Shown here: positions 1 to 6,168 of the stretch, piece by piece | Layout: every line of letters begins with the position of its first letter | Numbering within the stretch: position 1 is the stretch's first letter | From: a bacterium | GTDB taxonomy: Bacteria > Zhuqueibacterota > Zhuqueibacteria > Oceanimicrobiales > Oceanimicrobiaceae | Length of the DNA stretch: 18,516 nt | NCBI GenBank assembly: GCA_046757165.1 | Contig: JBHHXT010000092.1 | Coordinates: 1 to 18,516, forward strand | Direction: 5' to 3' | The notes under the pieces: generated by a model | What the model was told of the DNA's origin: nothing | Database searches by the model: none | What the model saw: the letters and a program-made list of their open reading frames with translations, nothing else | Made by a program: the position numbers and the translations under genes

Positions 1-70
1 TCGGTGAAGGTGACGGACTCGGACTCCCAGTCGGTGATGGTGACGGACTCGGACTTGGAGACGGATCCGG
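1..70 (-). repeat. Coding low-complexity repeat (Ser-Pro)n, 30-nt period
   Basis: Bases 1-25 and 31-55 match at 24/25 (tcggtga[a/t]ggtgacggactcggact) and encode PTGSPSPSPS-type units. Confidence 0.9.
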
Positions 71-721
71 GTTGTCGAACCGTCCATCCTGATCAAAGGG
101 GATGTCCCACTCACCCAGATCGTCCCCAATCTCGAGCACAAAATTGACATCCGACGGAAAGCTGATGTGACTCAGATCGAGCTCATGGCCTTCCACGCGG
201 TATTCACCATCATCATCGATGTCCAAACGTTCAATTCCTGAGGAATTGCCTGTAAAGCGGAACCCCTCGTCGTGCCTTTCAAATGAGCCCGCTGGAATCG
301 TCTGTTCGAAAGTACTGAATCTCACCAATACCTCTTCGTTGAGGACATCGATTCCGTTACTCAGCGCACCAAGCACGAACGTACCTTTTATCTCGAACTC
401 ATGATCACCCGGGTCGTCGTCCGTTTCTACGCGTGCTTTTTCCACGAAGAAAATTTCAAACGGTTGGTCCGACGCCGGGGGACTGGGACTGGACGTTGGA
501 GAAGGTGAGGCCGTTGGGCTGCTACTTGGCGACGGGGATGGACTTGGACTCCCCGTGGGTGATGGCGATGGTGATGGTGTCGGTGTCGAGCTGACACCCA
601 GCTTTTGCTCACTGCTATCTGGACCGTTCGGGTCTGTTGGGGAACTCGTGCACCCTGTCAAGATCGCAAAAGCAGCCAAGAATGCAGTCAGCAACAAAAA
701 AACTACGGGTCTTATTTTCAT
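1..721 (-). CDS. Secreted lipoprotein with Ser/Pro-rich linkers flanking an acidic ~130-aa domain of unknown function (3' end truncated by window edge)
   Basis: Manually translated. ATG at 721 is preceded by AGGAGG and the frame is open to base 1 (240 codons). It begins MKIRPVVFLLLTAFLAAFAILTG-C (lipobox, Cys24), continues through the linker SSTPTPSPSPSPTGSPSPSPSPSSSPTASPSPTSSPSPPAS and a domain starting DQPFEIFFVEKARVETDDDPGDHEFEIKG, and ends in PDPSPSPSPSPSPTGSPSPSPSP. It is not in the ORF track because it has no stop in the window. Confidence 0.9.
   Translation of the reverse strand, partial: MKIRPVVFLLLTAFLAAFAILTGCTSSPTDPNGPDSSEQKLGVSSTPTPSPSPSPTGSPSPSPSPSSSPTASPSPTSSPSPPASDQPFEIFFVEKARVETDDDPGDHEFEIKGTFVLGALSNGIDVLNEEVLVRFSTFEQTIPAGSFERHDEGFRFTGNSSGIERLDIDDDGEYRVEGHELDLSHISFPSDVNFVLEIGDDLGEWDIPFDQDGRFDNPDPSPSPSPSPSPTGSPSPSPSP
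470..592 (-). repeat. Coding low-complexity Ser/Pro/Thr linker
   Basis: Residues 44-84 of the lipoprotein are almost entirely S, P and T, with varied synonymous codons. Confidence 0.9.
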
Positions 722-774
722 CGGCCCTCCTAAGATTGAGTGTGAATAATTTGGTGACTAGCTTAGTTAAATAG

Positions 775-970
775 AGCAAGCCCGGTATTGCCGAGTGCTC
801 AACTGAGAAAGGGTTTCCCCCGGGTAAACTTGCTAGAAGTATAGCCAGAAAAGAATCTTGCCATCCTGGCTCTCGAGGCCTGCTAAAGCAGACACGACGT
901 CGTCCCACGTCATTCCAACAGCGGGAATTCGAGCTTTTCCGGCCAGACTTCTAGCAAAGCCAGGAAAGAA
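775..970 (-). ncRNA. Candidate structured leader RNA or sRNA (no known family recognised)
   Basis: Arms 934-957 and 830-853 pair over 24 positions: 21 Watson-Crick, 2 G-U (only on the minus-strand RNA) and 1 mismatch. The stem encloses three small hairpins, and a second stem domain lies at 775-834. Confidence 0.5.
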
Positions 971-990
971 AAACTTCACATCCACCCTTC

Positions 991-1005
991 ACAATATCTG
1001 TGCCA
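991..1005 (-). promoter_or_regulatory. Candidate sigma-54 (-24/-12) promoter
   Basis: Minus strand reads TGGCAC-AGATA-TTGT versus consensus TGGCAC-N5-TTGC: exact spacing with one mismatch at -12. It points toward the lipoprotein gene. Confidence 0.6.
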
Positions 1006-1152
1006 CAACCTGATTGTCCTGGCGCGACCTGTCTTGTGGACCCTGAGAACCAAAACTTAACTTGTTGTGATCAAAGACCTGGACAACCATTTTTGCCGGC
1101 ACACCCGGGTACAGAGGTTGAAGTGGGATTCTGCAGACGCAACACGGGGAAA

Positions 1153-1190
1153 TGTGCAAACCCTGCACGTGAGTGTGCATAGTTTGCGCA
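1153..1190. promoter_or_regulatory. Two tandem palindromic sites, candidate enhancer-binding-protein (bEBP) UAS
   Basis: TGTGCA-AACCC-TGCACG (1153-1169) and TGTGCA-TAGTT-TGCGCA (1174-1190) are 21 bp apart centre to centre, about 150-185 bp upstream of the -24 element. Confidence 0.55.
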
Positions 1191-1252
1191 AGGCAGATGA
1201 CCGCTGGGGATTATCCACCGCGCCTATCCGGACGGCGTTTGCACGCACACCC

Positions 1253-1417
1253 TCAAAACAGCGTATAAATGAATGGCGCCAGTGCGCTTCCTTCTGTAAT
1301 CGCGATTAGAAATCCGATGAGAAGCAGCATGAGCACGATCGGACCTAACCACCATTTCTTACGTTCTCTGAGGAATCCCCAGAGCTCGATCAGGTGACTC
1401 AGACGACTCTTGAACAT
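1253..1417 (-). CDS. SxtK-like / DUF5989-family small membrane protein (54 aa)
   Basis: Manual translation gives MFKSRLSHLIELWGFLRERKKWWLGPIVLMLLLIGFLIAITEGSALAPFIYTLF*. The LWGFL.ERKKWWL.P and APFIYTLF signatures are characteristic. GAGGAGG lies upstream, and an in-frame TTG at 1423 is an alternative start. It falls below the ORF-track length cutoff. Confidence 0.92.
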   Translation of the reverse strand: MFKSRLSHLIELWGFLRERKKWWLGPIVLMLLLIGFLIAITEGSALAPFIYTLF

Positions 1418-1455
1418 TGTCAACGGCACCCTCCTCAGAATCTATGAATCTCGAG

Positions 1456-1860
1456 TTAGTAAAGTTTTTCCATTCTTTGTGCATCGATCTCTGTTGGTGC
1501 TCTTGGCTGCCAGTAACTGCCGGACTTTCTTTGTATCTTCTTACTGAGAGGATCGTGGCCAAAGAGTCGACTCATCAGAGCGATTGGTGTGAGAACGAGA
1601 TAAAAAACTGCACCCAGGATCAATCGTGTATTGAGCCACGTCATTGCCCAGGTCACGGCCATCCATGCTCGATAGATGGGGCCGAGAGTTCCTGGAGCCA
1701 AGAGCCCGGAGGTGGCCAGGACAGCAGCGGTGACGGCGAAACCAACATAGATACTCCGGCCCTTGTAGAACAGAATCGCAGAAACGATGCCCAGGAGCAG
1801 TCCGGCAGTCAGTCCAAACTGTCGGAGAGTTTTGTTCATGGGTGCACTCATCGACCTCAT
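1456..1860 (-). CDS. SxtJ-family membrane protein
   Basis: LRQFG start, two to three hydrophobic helices, P..L.P.YRAWM, IL..VFYLVLTPIA, FGHDPL, SYW..R and a terminal MEKLY. It lies 6 bp downstream of the carbamoyltransferase. The start codon is uncertain (1860, 1851 or 1839). Confidence 0.88.
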   Translation of the reverse strand: MRSMSAPMNKTLRQFGLTAGLLLGIVSAILFYKGRSIYVGFAVTAAVLATSGLLAPGTLGPIYRAWMAVTWAMTWLNTRLILGAVFYLVLTPIALMSRLFGHDPLSKKIQRKSGSYWQPRAPTEIDAQRMEKLY

Positions 1861-1866
1861 TTTTCC

Positions 1867-3696
1867 TCAATCCGCCTCAAACTCTGTGTTCCAATCCAGA
1901 TTCTCTAGCCGTGCGGGCTGCGCATTCTTGTCCAACAGGAAGCACTCCATGATGAGATAATCCATGTTTGTTCTCATAAAGCATCTGTAAGCATCCTCTG
2001 GCGTGCAGACGATGGGCTCTCCACGAACGTTGAAGGAGGTGTTGATGATGACGGGACAGCCCGTCTGTTCGTGAAAGGAGTGTAGCATGTCGTAATAAAG
2101 AGGATGATCCTGGCGCGCGATGGTTTGGACACGGGATGAGTAGTCTACATGGGTGACGGCCGGGATAATGGAACGCTGCGTTTTCAATTTGTCCAATCCG
2201 GTCGGGCCGGGTTCTTCGAATGAGTTCAAGCGTTTACTCTCGCATACAGGTGCGACCAGGAGCATGTATGGACTTTCGCGATCGAGTTCGAAATACTCTG
2301 ACGCGTATTCCCTTAAGACTGTGGGGGCAAAAGGCCGAAAGGACTCTCGAAGCTTTATCTTGCGATTCAGGATGGATTGCATTTCGGGGGATCTGGCATC
2401 CCCGACAATACTTCGGGCACCGAGCGCTCTGGGGCCAAATTCCATCCGTCCCTGAAACCACCCTATCACATTGCCTGCGGCGATCAGCTCTGAAATATCT
2501 TTCGGGATCTTTTCATAAGAAAGGCGAGCATTTGGAATGTTGTTTTCGTCAAGAAACGCCGAGACGACATCCTGCTTGAACTCAGGACCAAGGCAGCTTG
2601 TCTTTTGTGAGTCCCGGCCGTCTGGAATCTTGCGTGCGCCTTCAAGATAGTGGTGCCACGCCAACAATGCCGCCCCAAGGGCCCCGCCGGCATCCCCTGC
2701 GGCAGGTTGAATCCAGATATCTTCGAATGGTCCTTCCCGAAGAATGCGGCCATTGGCGACACTATTCAAGGCGACGCCCCCGGCCAAACAAAGAAATCGT
2801 TCTTTTGTTTCTTGATGGACGTGTCGAGCCATACGCAACATGATCTCCTCCGTAACCGCCTGGACGGAGCAGGCGAGGTCGATCTCCCGTGTGGTGATCT
2901 CATCCTGAGGTTTTCGCGGCCGACCTCCAAAAAGTTTAGCAAACCTGCTACTTGTCATCGTCAAGCCGGCGCAGTAATCAAAGTAGTCCATGTTGAGCTT
3001 GAAGGAGCCATCGTCCTTGAGGTCGACTAATTCAGTCAGGATAAGATCAACATATTTGGGTTCACCGTAGGGAGCCAATCCCATCATCTTGTATTCGCCG
3101 GAGTTCACTTTGAAGCCGATGAAATAGGTAAAGGCGGAATAAAGCAATCCAAGCGAATGAGGGAACTGCAGATCGGCCAGGATCCGGACTCGGTTGTTGT
3201 TGCCAACGCCAAAGCTTGTGGTCGTCCATTCTCCCACCCCATCAACGGTCAGGAAAGCGGCTCGCTCATATGGGGAGGGAAAGAATGCCGAGGCAGCGTG
3301 TGATTCATGATGCTCTGAAAACAGGATCTGTTTGCTAAAATCATCCAATTCACTCTGAATCAATTGCGGAATCCAGATTTTTTCTTTTATCCAGAGTGGC
3401 ATGGACTTTAGAAAAGATTTGATCCCCTTTGGCGCGTAGGCAAGGTAGGTTTCTAACAAACGCTCAAATTTCAGCAACGGCTTTTCGTAAAAGACCACAC
3501 AATCCAGATTTTGCATCCCAATATTGCCTGCCTGCAAACAGTACTGGATGGCGCGTGACGGAAAGCAAGGATCGTGCTTCTTACGAGTAAACCGTTCCTC
3601 TTGCGCCGCGGCCACGATTTCGCCCTCCCTGATCAGGCAAGCCGCGGAGTCATGATAATAAAAAGATAGACCTAAGACGTAGACAGGATGATTCAT
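1867..3696 (-). CDS. O-carbamoyltransferase, NodU/CmcH/NolO family (SxtI-like subgroup)
   Basis: Motifs YYHDSAA, EERFTRKKH, EHHESHAASAF, DGVGE, GEYKMMGLAPYG, AGGVALN, QPAAGDAG, GRMEFGPRALG, RESFRPFAP and NTSFNVRGEPIV; 609 aa. Confidence 0.96.
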   Translation of the reverse strand: MNHPVYVLGLSFYYHDSAACLIREGEIVAAAQEERFTRKKHDPCFPSRAIQYCLQAGNIGMQNLDCVVFYEKPLLKFERLLETYLAYAPKGIKSFLKSMPLWIKEKIWIPQLIQSELDDFSKQILFSEHHESHAASAFFPSPYERAAFLTVDGVGEWTTTSFGVGNNNRVRILADLQFPHSLGLLYSAFTYFIGFKVNSGEYKMMGLAPYGEPKYVDLILTELVDLKDDGSFKLNMDYFDYCAGLTMTSSRFAKLFGGRPRKPQDEITTREIDLACSVQAVTEEIMLRMARHVHQETKERFLCLAGGVALNSVANGRILREGPFEDIWIQPAAGDAGGALGAALLAWHHYLEGARKIPDGRDSQKTSCLGPEFKQDVVSAFLDENNIPNARLSYEKIPKDISELIAAGNVIGWFQGRMEFGPRALGARSIVGDARSPEMQSILNRKIKLRESFRPFAPTVLREYASEYFELDRESPYMLLVAPVCESKRLNSFEEPGPTGLDKLKTQRSIIPAVTHVDYSSRVQTIARQDHPLYYDMLHSFHEQTGCPVIINTSFNVRGEPIVCTPEDAYRCFMRTNMDYLIMECFLLDKNAQPARLENLDWNTEFEAD

Positions 3697-3709
3697 ACCG
3701 AGTGAAGTC

Positions 3710-3930
3710 CAAGCCGGACAAGCCGGAAATTCGAGATCTTAAACAAAACAGTAAATTCGAAAAAAAAGTGTGTCACAAAAAAGTCTTGCCAAGAAGTGAC
3801 AGAAAAGAACTCGAATAAGAGTGGAAAATGACAAATGAGAATTCAAAAGAGATGCAGGCAAGCACCTGAATGAAATTTTTCTTTTTGGTTTGTCATTTTA
3901 CTATTTCACTTTTGCTTTTTGATTTCTTTG
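3710..3930. repeat. AT-rich intergenic element with inverted and short tandem repeats
   Basis: Perfect 11-bp inverted repeat aaaatgacaaa (3825-3835) / tttgtcatttt (3889-3899), with an A-rich left half and a T-rich right half showing about 7-nt periodicity. Also caagccgga x2 (3710-3727) and tgtcac-N19-gtgaca (3771-3801). Confidence 0.65.
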
Positions 3931-3946
3931 CAACGGTGTGTTCACT

Positions 3947-6133
3947 TCACGCCGGTGAATTGCGAAACACCTCGGGTGTCAAGCCTAAGTGCGCCTGCCA
4001 CCTTTCGTTTGGTTTTAGCTTGATTCGCCAGTTCGGCAGGACCACCGAGCTCTGGTAAATGCGCTCAAACCCGCCTTCGGATTGCGAAATCGTTTCGATG
4101 GGAAATCGCCAGAGCGTGGCGACCGGGTCGATTCTCATGACAATCATCAGCTCGAGCCATTCGTCAACAAGGCGCAATTCGGGTACTTCGGCAACCTCTC
4201 CCGAGCTGCGCAGCCTGGGGTCCGCGAGTTCGTGGCCTGGTATCTGATAGTACCGGTCCGGGGCATCCCCGGCCAGCAAGGCAAAATCCCATTCCGCCCC
4301 AAACCATAGCGAACAAGCTCGGTGCCCTAAGTTCTTAATGGTGTAAGAAATCCCTATTTCAGCGCCTTCTCCCTGTACGGATAGTTTCTTTTCCAGATAG
4401 ACCGGAACGTCCCCGCCATCGGTTTCAACACGACCTTCGCGCCAAAGATGAACCGCAAGCTGCGAATCCGACCTTTCGACTGCGTACGAATAGGGCGATT
4501 GCACAAAGTCTCCAGCCTCGGCATAGTCACACTGCGACAATCCCCGCAACGTTGTCCCGGCGCCCAGAAAGTGGTCGATACAGGAGGCACGCCTGTACCA
4601 GTCAAAGAACAGATGCGTTTCCAGCCCTTTTTCCTTCATGCGCACCATGTCATGAATGCTTGCCACGTTGTCGCCATGCTCACCCGTGGGCTCACTTTCC
4701 TGGCTGGCAGCAGCCGCTGCCCGTAGCGCCTTGTGGTACCCCTCCTCTCGGCGGGTCATGGTGTCGAGCAGATTGATCGCGGCCGGCTTAAAGTCAAGTT
4801 CAAACACTGAGCCGCCATTCTGTGGTGAGAGGTTGAGATTGAGCTTCGGCGTTGAAATCAGTATTTCGTCTGAGCCATCTCCATCGAAGTCCTTTTCAAT
4901 GCAATCGATCCAGCTTGTCCGCTCCGCGCCACGCTCCAGCACATCCAGGAGTCTTTCTGTTTTGATGAGCTGGTTGTAGGTGGCATAGCGCAAATGGTTC
5001 AAATACAGTCCACCAAACACCCCGTGCCAGTAGGGGCAGTTACACTGGCTGGCCCAGAGGTGGTCTTGCGCTTGTTGAAATCGTGGGTCAGCCCCATGCC
5101 TGGCGGCAAGCGCGGCCAATCGGTGGCTGACATGCAGCATCTTTTTGTGCATGTTGTTGGATTCCGGATACTTCACCAGAAAATTACGCCAAAAACCGGC
5201 GCGGACGAAGACCTTGTATTTTTCGTGCCAGCCTTGCGCTTTCAGGGTGTCCTCGAACTGCATGTATTCATGAATGGCGCTCGTGGGCATCGCCCATTCC
5301 ATCATTTCGCGATATGAAGCTGTGGGGAGATAGATTCTCCCTGCGGGTCTGAGCACCTCCAAAGCCTCGGAAAGATGGATGATGTTTATCCAATCCGCAT
5401 TGTTTTCCAGGGCCCGAAAAAACAGCTCCAGCCAGCCGTCTTCATAGCAATGTTTGTGAGTCTCCGGCCAGATGCCAAATTTCTCTCCGTCATCAGCAAA
5501 CACGATGAGCCGGTCCCCCGCTTCGGTGGCGATTGAACGGAGATAGTCAATGGTGGTTTCTGGCGCTTCAAACGGAATCGTATATCTGAGTTTTTCACTA
5601 ATTGGGAAGAGATAGACCTTCTCCCCCTCCTCTTCCGTGATATGGTATCCCAGGAGCTCGGCATCTCTCAATCCGGCATTCTTGAAATGAGAATCATCCA
5701 GGACCAAGTATTTGACCCCTGCTTCCGCGCACGGTTTTGGAAGATGGGGCTCCCAGATTCTTTCGGCCAGCCACATGCCTTCGGGCTCATACCCGGTGTG
5801 CTCTTTGATAAAATCGGTCAGTTTCTTGATCTGACCGACCTTGTCTCTGTCAGGGATCACCGACACAATCGGTTCATAGAATCCACCGGTCATCATTTCA
5901 ATCTGACCGGTTTCGACCAGCTTTCTCAACCTGGGGACAAACTCAGGTTCGTGCTCCAGGAGCCATTGCAGCAAGATGCCGGTATAGTGCTGCGCCATGC
6001 GAATCTTCGGGTGTCTTTCCAGCAGCTCCAGAAATGGCGAATACGCTTTTTTGTAAGCTTCTTCAAAAACAAAATCAAAGTTTCCGACCGGTTGATGATT
6101 GTGGATGCCAAACGCGATGTTGATTTTCTTCAA
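3947..6133 (-). CDS. GH57 4-alpha-glucanotransferase / alpha-amylase (with C-terminal DUF1925/DUF1926-type domains), cytoplasmic
   Basis: HNHQP, GQIEMMTGGFYEP, MWLAERIW (nucleophile Glu), DDGEKFG (acid/base Asp), ASYREMMEW and SQCNCPYWHGVFGGLY. No signal peptide; TTG start. Confidence 0.95.
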   Translation of the reverse strand: MKKINIAFGIHNHQPVGNFDFVFEEAYKKAYSPFLELLERHPKIRMAQHYTGILLQWLLEHEPEFVPRLRKLVETGQIEMMTGGFYEPIVSVIPDRDKVGQIKKLTDFIKEHTGYEPEGMWLAERIWEPHLPKPCAEAGVKYLVLDDSHFKNAGLRDAELLGYHITEEEGEKVYLFPISEKLRYTIPFEAPETTIDYLRSIATEAGDRLIVFADDGEKFGIWPETHKHCYEDGWLELFFRALENNADWINIIHLSEALEVLRPAGRIYLPTASYREMMEWAMPTSAIHEYMQFEDTLKAQGWHEKYKVFVRAGFWRNFLVKYPESNNMHKKMLHVSHRLAALAARHGADPRFQQAQDHLWASQCNCPYWHGVFGGLYLNHLRYATYNQLIKTERLLDVLERGAERTSWIDCIEKDFDGDGSDEILISTPKLNLNLSPQNGGSVFELDFKPAAINLLDTMTRREEGYHKALRAAAAASQESEPTGEHGDNVASIHDMVRMKEKGLETHLFFDWYRRASCIDHFLGAGTTLRGLSQCDYAEAGDFVQSPYSYAVERSDSQLAVHLWREGRVETDGGDVPVYLEKKLSVQGEGAEIGISYTIKNLGHRACSLWFGAEWDFALLAGDAPDRYYQIPGHELADPRLRSSGEVAEVPELRLVDEWLELMIVMRIDPVATLWRFPIETISQSEGGFERIYQSSVVLPNWRIKLKPNERWQAHLGLTPEVFRNSPA

Positions 6134-6168
6134 TTGCCCATACCCTTCCGATAGAAAATAAGAGACTC

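Noticed and set aside
427..612. His-rich ORF (RHRHHHHRHHP) suggesting a metal-binding peptide
   Set aside because: It is an alternative frame of the Ser/Pro linker of the lipoprotein gene; the GDGDGD ORF at 555-749 is the antisense of the same repeat
740..960. Match to known riboswitches (c-di-GMP-I/II, c-di-AMP, cobalamin, TPP)
   Set aside because: Only isolated fragments resemble them (GGAAAC, UUGAGCACUCGG, AGCCAGGA). The required conserved cores and pseudoknot partners were not found by eye; cmscan would be decisive.
1221..1237. Small hairpin cgcc-tatccggac-ggcg after the SxtK-like gene as a terminator or REP
   Set aside because: The stem is only 4 bp with no adjacent U-tract on the coding strand, which is too weak to call
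615..1309. Short ORFs in the intergenic region (615-908, 989-1180, 1000-1182, 1057-1248, 1067-1309)
   Set aside because: They have no convincing SD or protein-like features, overlap each other and real genes, and the region is better explained by regulatory elements
1253..3696. Saxitoxin biosynthesis cluster
   Set aside because: Only the widely distributed I/J/K-like triad is present, with no sxtA, sxtG, sxtB or other core genes in the window
6130..6141. Three-codon mini-ORF ATG-GGC-AAT-TGA overlapping the GH57 TTG start (possible uORF or frameshift)
   Set aside because: The SD-like GAAGGG is 1 nt from this ATG but 9 nt from the TTG, and the TTG-initiated protein has a complete GH57 N-terminus
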